In this document: positions 8,909-16,139 of the stretch, in pieces
Layout of the letters: each line of letters begins with the position of its first letter
How positions within the stretch are numbered: position 1 is the stretch's first letter
Source: a virus
Lineage: Duplodnaviria; Caudoviricetes
Strand: one strand, 5' to 3'
DNA: 26,468 bases
IMG/VR virus record: IMGVR_UViG_3300017754_000004
Location: 1 to 26,468 of that record
Made by a program: the position numbers and the translations under genes
The notes under the pieces: generated by a model
Seen by the model: the letters and a program-made list of their open reading frames with translations, nothing else
Database searches by the model: none
Told to the model about the DNA's origin: nothing

Positions 8909-10021
8909 CTATATCCTCATGTTAAAAATTGCAGCCGAGTAAACATTACCCATTCCTGCTGCTAAACTTAGACAATAGCCGTCTGGTGCATCAACAGGCT
9001 CAGATAGAAATACCTTGTCGCTCTCTGTTCTGTTCTCTATCGCCGGTACTTGACCAGCGCACATATCTTCCCAAAGAAGGATTGTTTCAAGAAGGCCACT
9101 TGCGCCCATCGTATGACCGATCTTTTGCTTGTATGACGTAGCAACGAAATCAGTAAACGACGAAAGAATCGCAGCCTTCTCAGCTTGGTTATTCGATTTC
9201 GTGCCAGTGCCATGCGTCTTGATGATTGAGATTTCATCATTCATCACCCCCGAGTGAAACAGTGCGCCGTTGATTGCATTAACGTAACCCTGCCCATCTT
9301 CTCGTTGACCAATGGCATTTGCCACTTCCTCGCTTGCAGACCAAGCACCTTTCAATTCAAACTTGGGATCCTTGGTCACCGCATTCTCAGCCTCGAAGAC
9401 TGCCAACACAGCGCCCTGACCCACATAAAAGCCTTCATTACGATCATCAAATGCACTAGGCTTGATGTCTTGGCTCTCCTCTTTTGCCTGCGTCAAACAG
9501 GCTCCAGACTCGCCAAAGAAATCCAGCACCGAGTGGCTGACTGCGTCCTCAACACCGAGAACCACCACCCGAGAAAACCCATAAAACTTGATGATCGTAA
9601 CGACATCCATCAGCACCTTCAGCGACGACACGCAGGCCGTTGCGTCAGTGGTGATGAGGTCGTTAGCACCACAAGCCTGCGCCACCCTGCCTGCATACAC
9701 CTGCGTCAGACTCAACGGCAAAAACTTGTACTGATACGTCAACCTCGACTGCTTAGTCACCCTTGGGTTGATCCCGGCAAAGTGTGCGTTGCCAGAAGCC
9801 AAGATGAAAGCCGTCTTCCCTACCTTACTGCTCTTCAGGGACTCAAAAAGCTCCCTGTCTAATACTTTGTCCGCTAATTTGTGCGGAGCGTAAATCAAAC
9901 CTGTGTGAGCGTTTTTGTATGTTTCTGGAAACCAATGAACCTTTTGCGGATAAAGAACATCATCAAAAAGTTCAACCTCTCTTGTGCTTGCGATCCGGTA
10001 ATCCGTCAGGTAGATCTTCAT
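8909..10021 (-). CDS. Beta-ketoacyl-[ACP] synthase (FabB/FabF-like, thiolase fold), ~370 aa
   Basis: Motifs ATACVSSL (Cys130, nt 9632-9634), AFDDRNEGFYVGQGA, KTHGTGT (His270) and SYKQKIGHTMGASG (Lys298/His303). Likely start is ATG 10021, overlapping the ACP stop (ATGA), rather than the ORF-track start 10084. Confidence 0.92.
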   Translation of the reverse strand: MKIYLTDYRIASTREVELFDDVLYPQKVHWFPETYKNAHTGLIYAPHKLADKVLDRELFESLKSSKVGKTAFILASGNAHFAGINPRVTKQSRLTYQYKFLPLSLTQVYAGRVAQACGANDLITTDATACVSSLKVLMDVVTIIKFYGFSRVVVLGVEDAVSHSVLDFFGESGACLTQAKEESQDIKPSAFDDRNEGFYVGQGAVLAVFEAENAVTKDPKFELKGAWSASEEVANAIGQREDGQGYVNAINGALFHSGVMNDEISIIKTHGTGTKSNNQAEKAAILSSFTDFVATSYKQKIGHTMGASGLLETILLWEDMCAGQVPAIENRTESDKVFLSEPVDAPDGYCLSLAAGMGNVYSAAIFNMRI

Positions 10022-10308
10022 TTGATTGCTTCCAACGCAGCAGCCAATGATTCCGGCATACGCCGCTTGTGCTGCATGAGCCAATCAAAAAGCTCCTGAA
10101 CAGTTGTTGCACTTAGAGTCTTGCCGGTCTCCTCGTCAATATCAAACACATCACATAAATACACGCTTGTCAGCAGCATATCCAAGCTATCTAACCCCGA
10201 GTCAGCCAACTTGTCCGACATTGAGGTAACATCTTTGTATTCAGCATTAAAAGGCTTTGCTATCTTCGCTACTGCATTCAGCAGCGTCATAAAGTCTTGC
10301 TCAGTCAT
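10018..10308 (-). CDS. Acyl carrier protein (AcpP-like), 96 aa
   Basis: Small acidic helical protein with LADSGLDSLDM phosphopantetheinylation motif (Ser41, nt 10186-10188) and C-terminal ..FDI.....L..TTVQEL.D pattern typical of ACPs; adjacent to a KS gene. Confidence 0.9.
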   Translation of the reverse strand: MTEQDFMTLLNAVAKIAKPFNAEYKDVTSMSDKLADSGLDSLDMLLTSVYLCDVFDIDEETGKTLSATTVQELFDWLMQHKRRMPESLAAALEAIK

Positions 10309-10532
10309 GCCATCACCTGTGCGAAGCGACTAGCCCAATCACGCCAGTCTGAGAAGTAAAGTGGGTTTGGAGGATTCTTCTGACTGATCCCCGAGATGAC
10401 GCAAAAAGCGACAGCCCAATTCTGCCACTCGTTCTCGTCAACCAGCCGGGGGATGGGGCCATATTCATCTAGGTCGAGTACGATCTGATCTGCCCAATCC
10501 CTTAAACTGATTATAACTGGCAAAGTTATCAA
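10305..10532 (-). CDS. Small Trp-rich hypothetical phage protein, 75 aa
   Basis: TTG start overlapping the nozzle-gene stop (TTGA) and its stop overlapping the ACP start (ATGA); repeated W..WA motifs (EWQNWA, DWRDWA). Confidence 0.75.
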   Translation of the reverse strand: MITLPVIISLRDWADQIVLDLDEYGPIPRLVDENEWQNWAVAFCVISGISQKNPPNPLYFSDWRDWASRFAQVMA

Positions 10533-12160
10533 TTTGTCGCCCCCAAGACGGTGCCATCAGCACTTTCTATGTGGGCAATGACCTGACCCATCTGGTAGTT
10601 GCCGTTGAGAATGTTGGACTCAAACCGGAACCGCATTTCCCGTCGGATCTCCTTAAAGAAGACGACCTGCTCATAAGGCGTGGATGGGTTCGGGACGATA
10701 GTCCGAGGCTCGCTGGCAATCTCTTTCGCCCGAGCATTTGCCCGACCGACGATCTGCACCGTCATATTCCCGGTTTGCACAAAGTCAGGCTCAATCAACT
10801 CGCACCGCAGCGACCTGTTCGCACCCTCTAGCGCCACCGCACTAATGTCAGCCGTCTCAAAGTAACTCTGGATGGCGTTGGCGTTATTGATGTCAATTTC
10901 GTCAACACCGACCTCATGCTGCCAGAATTTGTAGTTGTCGTTTGTGTAAGTAATGCGGATGTCCCCGGCCTCGGTAACCCGAGTGTCCCCCGCCTGAGTC
11001 TGGCGAATGGTGGGCGGTGCCTTGTCCTGATTGATGGTGACGCCGGTGAGCAGTGGCGTGGCAAACTGCGCCGCAAATTCGCCCGCAGAGCGCCCGCCGT
11101 TGGGAAGCTCAGTGTCGTACCAAGTCTGCTCCCGGACGTTGTAAATGACCGCATGAGTGCATTCTGTGGCATTGCCTCTTGGGTAGCACCACCAGATCTC
11201 GCCGAACCTCGGCACCTTGAAGGCAAACACCCGCTGCGAGTAGGCGCGGTTCAGCCCATCAAAGAAATAGTTGATATTCATTGTGTTTTCGACATCTCGA
11301 ACAACACCGTTGAACATCAGGAAGCGATCAACCCCGCACCAGAAGTACACCCCGTCGTACTCAATAACGGAGGCTGGAGACATGATCGAGCTTTGCGAGC
11401 TAATCGTGTCGAACTGGAAGGTCTGCGAGCCACCAACAAAGGATGCCCGGACAACCGCATCAGCAGACCAATACAGCCCCGCTGGAGCGTTTCCGGGGCC
11501 ACCTCGAAGCGGTAACCCTCGGACAATCTTTTGGGCGGCTACACGGGCGTTCCCGGAGCCGTCGCCAAACAAATCAGACGGGTTACCGGGAACAGACCAG
11601 CCAATCGAGCCATCCGTCCCGAACACGGTCAAGTACGGGTGCAGAACGCAAACCCCGCCCGTTACCGACACCCCGGCAGGAATGGCAACCTCGGTCAAGC
11701 GATCCGGCGCTCTCATGTCGCCATAGAAGACCTGACCGCCAAGTGAGTTGTACAGCGTGTTCGCGTTCGGGGCGACCTGCGCAATAATCTTGTTCGATGG
11801 CACTAGACTGATTGAGTCATACAGCACATCGAACTGCCACATATTGTTTGGGCTGAACTGCATCGTGACCGGCGTCCGGTCAACCACCGCACTGGCATTG
11901 CCGTTCTGATCCAGAGAAAATCGCTCCAGAAACTCCGAGCTACCAGAGTGAACAAAGGTAGAGCCGTTCTCTGTGAACGTCTTCATCCCACGGCTAATTT
12001 CTGTCAGGAAATTACTGACAGTCTTGTAGCCAAAAATCTTCCTCGGCAAGCCTCGCTGAAAGCGAACCCACTGCCCATCGACATAGTAGTCGCCCTCGAA
12101 CTTAGTGCCGTCCCGCTTAATGCCGGGTTTCGAGGCAATAGGAACGGTTTTGATTGGCAT
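10529..12160 (-). CDS. Tail nozzle / DNA-stabilization protein (P22 gp10 / tail tubular B-like), 543 aa
   Basis: PGIKRDGT...DGQWVRFQRGLPRK N-terminus, beta-propeller-like strands, FGEIWWCYP...VIYNVREQTWY and ELIEPDF motifs; lies just upstream of ejection proteins. Confidence 0.7.
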   Translation of the reverse strand: MPIKTVPIASKPGIKRDGTKFEGDYYVDGQWVRFQRGLPRKIFGYKTVSNFLTEISRGMKTFTENGSTFVHSGSSEFLERFSLDQNGNASAVVDRTPVTMQFSPNNMWQFDVLYDSISLVPSNKIIAQVAPNANTLYNSLGGQVFYGDMRAPDRLTEVAIPAGVSVTGGVCVLHPYLTVFGTDGSIGWSVPGNPSDLFGDGSGNARVAAQKIVRGLPLRGGPGNAPAGLYWSADAVVRASFVGGSQTFQFDTISSQSSIMSPASVIEYDGVYFWCGVDRFLMFNGVVRDVENTMNINYFFDGLNRAYSQRVFAFKVPRFGEIWWCYPRGNATECTHAVIYNVREQTWYDTELPNGGRSAGEFAAQFATPLLTGVTINQDKAPPTIRQTQAGDTRVTEAGDIRITYTNDNYKFWQHEVGVDEIDINNANAIQSYFETADISAVALEGANRSLRCELIEPDFVQTGNMTVQIVGRANARAKEIASEPRTIVPNPSTPYEQVVFFKEIRREMRFRFESNILNGNYQMGQVIAHIESADGTVLGATN

Positions 12161-13287
12161 CAGAATGTCCCGCCATCAATAGGGTCAAGTCCAAGATTGA
12201 TAAGTGCTTGCGGTGCATTTGTAGCGCCAGTTCCACCCAAAGCAATTGGAATAGGAATACTGATACCACCACTCTCGGCGGGAACCACTTGGTTACCGTT
12301 ACAGTACAAAATGGCTGATGCAGTCTGCGTTATCGTAACGCCGGAGGTCGTGGCAGTTTTCACCGCCAATGGGAAAGCGCCCGTCGTGTTGTTTGTCACC
12401 CAATACTGCTGAATGGTGTTCGGCACAATGATGTTTCTAGGCCCAGTCAACACCCCAGTAAATTCATACGCAACACGGTTTAGTTCAGCACCAGTCAGGA
12501 TGTAGTCACCAATGCCCGACACATCAATCACTGTGTAGTCAAACGCAAAAACAGCCGACTGACCTAATCCAAGCGTGTAATAAGTAGAGCCATCACTGAC
12601 GACGATACAAGAATCCAACGGCTGCAAGGTGACTGCTGAATACCCATCAACCAAGCTGGTCGCGGCAATAGACAATACACCCGATCCGGCATTCTTAAAC
12701 TGCACAAACCAGTTGTTAATCGCCGCAGATGGGGAAGCAAGAGGCAACGTAAACGTACCTGTACCACCAGTCCATATAAAGGTATTTGCCCTGTCTGGAA
12801 CAGTCACAGTGTGGCTTGTTGAATAGGACAGCGTCGGCATCGACTGCGACAGCAAAGACCCGAGAGCAATAATGCCTGTGCCAGCAAGGGAAGCGGCATT
12901 GACCGCTGACACCGCAGCGCCGTATTGGAATGCCCGCCATGTGCCAGCAGCCGTGGTGTTATTGGTCAGATAGATCTGCCAAGTCTGCCCCGCAGTTGCA
13001 TTCAACACCTGAACGCCAGCGTTGTCCTGTACGATGAATGAGTTTGCGCCTGTATTGTTGAACAGGATCGTCTGACCGTTCGACACCTCATTTGCAGGAG
13101 GGAGCCTTAAGACGTAGCCATTCGAGTTGCTCGAAACATCCATGATGGTTGCAACAACTCTGGTGCCAGCAGAAGTTTCGACAGGCCAAGAAAACTCTGT
13201 AATAGCGACAGATAGCGTTACCGAGGCGTAAGAAACACTAGATGGCGCAATATTGTCGCCACCAAAAATTTGGGTAAAGACGGTCAT
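12160..13287 (-). CDS. Virion structural (tail-associated) protein, 375 aa
   Basis: Thr/Ser/Gly/Val-rich beta protein with three repeated units (LP.A...NG....F.N.G), C-terminal PIALGGTGATNA..A..NLG fibre motif; TGATG overlap with the nozzle gene. Confidence 0.65.
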   Translation of the reverse strand: MTVFTQIFGGDNIAPSSVSYASVTLSVAITEFSWPVETSAGTRVVATIMDVSSNSNGYVLRLPPANEVSNGQTILFNNTGANSFIVQDNAGVQVLNATAGQTWQIYLTNNTTAAGTWRAFQYGAAVSAVNAASLAGTGIIALGSLLSQSMPTLSYSTSHTVTVPDRANTFIWTGGTGTFTLPLASPSAAINNWFVQFKNAGSGVLSIAATSLVDGYSAVTLQPLDSCIVVSDGSTYYTLGLGQSAVFAFDYTVIDVSGIGDYILTGAELNRVAYEFTGVLTGPRNIIVPNTIQQYWVTNNTTGAFPLAVKTATTSGVTITQTASAILYCNGNQVVPAESGGISIPIPIALGGTGATNAPQALINLGLDPIDGGTF

Positions 13288-13289
13288 AG

Positions 13290-13943
13290 TTATGCCTCTG
13301 TTCTCTGTGTTGACCTATCCACAATCTTCTTCATGTCTTCAGTATTCAGAGAAGAGATGGACATATCGTAAAAGCTCTGCCAAATAGGAATGCGCTCATC
13401 GTTCTTCAGAAACGGAGTCGCTTCCAGAAGCGTTCCGTAGAGCAGGGCATTTGGTGCGTAATCCGTCAGCCAGTTCTGCTGCTGCGCGGTATCAAGCAGC
13501 GGTGGCAACTCGTAGTAAACAATCTCTACCGGGTAGTTCTCATCTGGGGTAGCAGCAAACAGCCAGTGACGGTAATCGTAGTCTGCGTAAAACTCTGGCT
13601 CACCAACCTCAACCTGATCAGGCCAGTACGTCCGGCAATACTCGTAGCTCCGGGTAAATAGCGTCTTACGGTAGTCGTTTGTCAGCCCTGTGCCGATATT
13701 GATCGACACCGTCTCACGCCAGCGGTCAGGCTTTGCCATCACACAAACCCCGGCCTGCATGGTCGTGGTCACCACGTTCTGGAAGCCCTGAATCTTGATG
13801 TCGCGAGCAATCCGACGCTCCGCCAGATTGATCAGCTTGGGGATCTGCTCATAAACAATCGGGTCGGTTGCCAGCGAAGCGCCGCGCTCCAGATAGTTTC
13901 TGACATCGTCCCGCAAGCCGTTAAATGTCATTGCCTGTGGCAT
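13290..13943 (-). CDS. Head-to-tail adaptor / tail tubular A-like protein, 217 aa
   Basis: IPKLINLAERRIAR, P.FYA, ATPD..YPVEIVYY..P, NWL...APNALLYGTL.EA.PFLK.DER motifs characteristic of a widespread phage adaptor family. Confidence 0.7.
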   Translation of the reverse strand: MPQAMTFNGLRDDVRNYLERGASLATDPIVYEQIPKLINLAERRIARDIKIQGFQNVVTTTMQAGVCVMAKPDRWRETVSINIGTGLTNDYRKTLFTRSYEYCRTYWPDQVEVGEPEFYADYDYRHWLFAATPDENYPVEIVYYELPPLLDTAQQQNWLTDYAPNALLYGTLLEATPFLKNDERIPIWQSFYDMSISSLNTEDMKKIVDRSTQRTEA

Positions 13944-13955
13944 AGCTATTCCTTA

Positions 13956-14468
13956 TTAAGCCAGCATGGTCTCGGCGTGGGTTTTAGTCTCCGCCACTCG
14001 GCGTAACCACCCCTTACCAAACGTACCAAACGTAGGCAGACTGCGATAAAACGCCTCTTTTTCTGCACTGAATTTTGCCACCAATTCGGTCTGATTTGCC
14101 TCTTTTAATGCCTGCATGGTCTTAGGGCCAATCGCGCCGTCCGGATTGGCTCCAACGGCTTTTTGCATGATTCTGATCGCCCGACCGGGGCCAGCGTTGA
14201 CGGCGAAGTCAAACATCAGGTAATCCAGCCCATCTGGCATTTCGTCGCCCCTGACTGCGTCCCAATACTTTTTGCGGTACATGGGAGCCACAACCTCTGG
14301 GGTCAAAGCTCGCATAGCTTTTTCGTCCACCGCCTTGCCTACCCACTCCTCCCAGACCTTCTTGGTCACGCCGAGATTGGTCATGCCACCGGGGTCTTTG
14401 GGGTGGTTTACGAAACCGCCCTCATGCTTCAGGATGGCTTTAAGGGCTTCGTCAAAGTTCTCTTTCAT
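13956..14468 (-). CDS. Endolysin, glycoside hydrolase family 108 with C-terminal peptidoglycan-binding domain
   Basis: HEGGFVNHPKDPGGMTNLGVT catalytic motif, FDFAVNAG, DGAIGPKT, FGKGWLRR. Confidence 0.93.
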   Translation of the reverse strand: MKENFDEALKAILKHEGGFVNHPKDPGGMTNLGVTKKVWEEWVGKAVDEKAMRALTPEVVAPMYRKKYWDAVRGDEMPDGLDYLMFDFAVNAGPGRAIRIMQKAVGANPDGAIGPKTMQALKEANQTELVAKFSAEKEAFYRSLPTFGTFGKGWLRRVAETKTHAETMLA

Positions 14469-14875
14469 TTCTTGGCCTTCATATCAATGATCTTTTCAAG
14501 GGTGCGACCACCAAAGTAGAAGGACATTACAAGCATCCCCCACTGCCCCAAAAGCTCCACAAACGAGTCGGCAATATCAACCAACGCCGCATCAAGAATC
14601 GCCAAGACTAGGTACGCCACCAGAATGTAGATCAGGGTCAGCGGGCGAATATTCTTAGACAGCCAGCTATCGCTTGCCATATCCGCCTTCAAGCGGTCAG
14701 TCAGATTGTTCTGCTCCGTCTTGTACAGGTCAGTGTCATTCGCCATCTTCGCGAGTTCACCATCCTGAGCCATCTTTGCAAGCTCTAGTTGAGCTTTAGC
14801 CTTGGCTTCTGGGTCAGGAATTAGTTTGTCAATCAGTTTGCCGCCAATGCCTAGCAGCGCGTCCAGTCCTAGCAT
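14465..14875 (-). CDS. Holin (3-TM, GTA-type holin family-like)
   Basis: GKLIDKLIPDPEAKAKAQLEL, D..SDSWLSKNIRP, TM segments, FYFGGRTLEK; ATGA overlap with endolysin. Likely start MLGLDALL at 14875 rather than 14938. Confidence 0.8.
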   Translation of the reverse strand: MLGLDALLGIGGKLIDKLIPDPEAKAKAQLELAKMAQDGELAKMANDTDLYKTEQNNLTDRLKADMASDSWLSKNIRPLTLIYILVAYLVLAILDAALVDIADSFVELLGQWGMLVMSFYFGGRTLEKIIDMKAKK

Positions 14876-14876
14876 A

Positions 14877-15494
14877 TCAACCCCCCTGTTGAAACATCCA
14901 CCATATAGCCCAACAAAACAGCAAAATAATGCAAACAATTACAATGCTTGCACCCACAGTTTCAATGTTGTCTTTCATCCGCTGTCGTTCACGACGCTTT
15001 TGCATTTCAAGCCGCTTCTCATGAAGCCGCTTCTCTGTCTCCGCCTGTCTAGAGGCTTCAGCCTTTGCCTCGCGTTCAGCCCGCAGCTTACCCATGCGCT
15101 GCCAAAACTCGTCCCACATTCCAGCTTCTTGGAAGTGGTAGGTGAAGATGTGCTTAATGTCGTCGTAATACTGCTTAATCTGACGATCAATAATCATCAA
15201 CTCCATCACATACTCAGCATCAGAAATGTACTCTGGTACTGGCTCCCCCTTGGCAACAGCGGCCTCTTGCGCCACTTTTGCCTCTTCAAGCTGACTACGT
15301 TTTGTTTCATACTTACCTGCCGCCGAGAAAAACTTGGTAACCCCAGACATAGAGTCAGCAAGCGTCTTCCCAGATTCAACTGCGCCATTGATCTCGTCAA
15401 AAGCCTCTTTAGCAAGGGCAGCAGCTTCTCTAACGCCGGTAACAACCGCCTTGACTCCAGCGACTGCCAAACCAATTGTTACCGGGTCAATCAT
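14877..15494 (-). CDS. Hypothetical membrane protein in lysis cassette, 205 aa
   Basis: MIDPVTI hydrophobic N-terminus, coiled-coil middle, C-terminal TM helix (IVIVCIILLFCWAIWW); ATGA overlap with the upstream gene. Confidence 0.75.
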   Translation of the reverse strand: MIDPVTIGLAVAGVKAVVTGVREAAALAKEAFDEINGAVESGKTLADSMSGVTKFFSAAGKYETKRSQLEEAKVAQEAAVAKGEPVPEYISDAEYVMELMIIDRQIKQYYDDIKHIFTYHFQEAGMWDEFWQRMGKLRAEREAKAEASRQAETEKRLHEKRLEMQKRRERQRMKDNIETVGASIVIVCIILLFCWAIWWMFQQGG

Positions 15495-15715
15495 TTGTCA
15501 GCTTTGTTGTCCAGTTTATTAAATATTTGCTTTAACATATCTTTTACTTCGTCTATGTCACGACGATAGTCTTCTTTTTGAACGTATAGCAAAGGCAAGT
15601 CAGCCATCTTGTCCTCAAGACGAACAACTGACTTTGTGATGCTGTTCAGAATCCAGCCACCAAAGAAACCGGCAACAGTAAACCCGACATTGATTAAAAA
15701 TTGCGGTTCCATCAA
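15491..15715 (-). CDS. Small membrane protein (1 TM + coiled coil), possible holin/lysis accessory, 74 aa
   Basis: N-terminal TM (FLINVGFTVAGFFGGWIL), YVQKEDY..D coiled coil, ends KLDNKADK. Confidence 0.7.
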   Translation of the reverse strand: MMEPQFLINVGFTVAGFFGGWILNSITKSVVRLEDKMADLPLLYVQKEDYRRDIDEVKDMLKQIFNKLDNKADK

Positions 15716-16137
15716 ACGCTTTCAGGCCAAGTTAGTTGCAATGCTGCCAATTCATCAACCGTAGCGCAAGCAGCTACCGCAGCCTCATTTGCATTTGAGG
15801 CAGTGCGGATAGCCGACCTTGCAGCCAATGTCTCAGCATCTATCGATGTGCCGGTCTCAGTAGCGCGAATAATTTTCCAATCCGTTGGAGAAAGCATTGA
15901 GCCAGCGGTCTGCTTGATCTGCGCGATTAGATTAGCTTTGCACTGGTCTAGGTCTTTGGGGTTGTCTGGCCCCCAGTAATAACGGTCATCATAGGCAACG
16001 GGATCGGCGACCTCGGTGATGCCGATGGCCTCTTTCTCTGCCAGCGTTGTCATACGCAGCCAGTTTGCTGGATACTGAATATCGTTGTGCGTGAATGGCA
16101 CATCGAGAGCCAGCGGTGATCCATTGAGTAGAAACAT
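15712..16137 (-). CDS. Tail-fibre assembly chaperone-like protein, ~141 aa
   Basis: YPANWLR...EKEAIGITEV...L.PTDW.IIR..E...R.AIR motifs. Likely start MFLLNG at 16137, just after the 793-aa gene stop with GAGG RBS, not 16257. Confidence 0.65.
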   Translation of the reverse strand: MFLLNGSPLALDVPFTHNDIQYPANWLRMTTLAEKEAIGITEVADPVAYDDRYYWGPDNPKDLDQCKANLIAQIKQTAGSMLSPTDWKIIRATETGTSIDAETLAARSAIRTASNANEAAVAACATVDELAALQLTWPESV

Positions 16138-16139
16138 GA

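Noticed and set aside
8909-10308. Host chromosomal fab operon or a full type II PKS/aryl-polyene cluster (prophage boundary)
   Set aside because: Phage structural genes flank and overlap both sides; no fabD/fabG/fabH, chain-length factor or tailoring genes are present.
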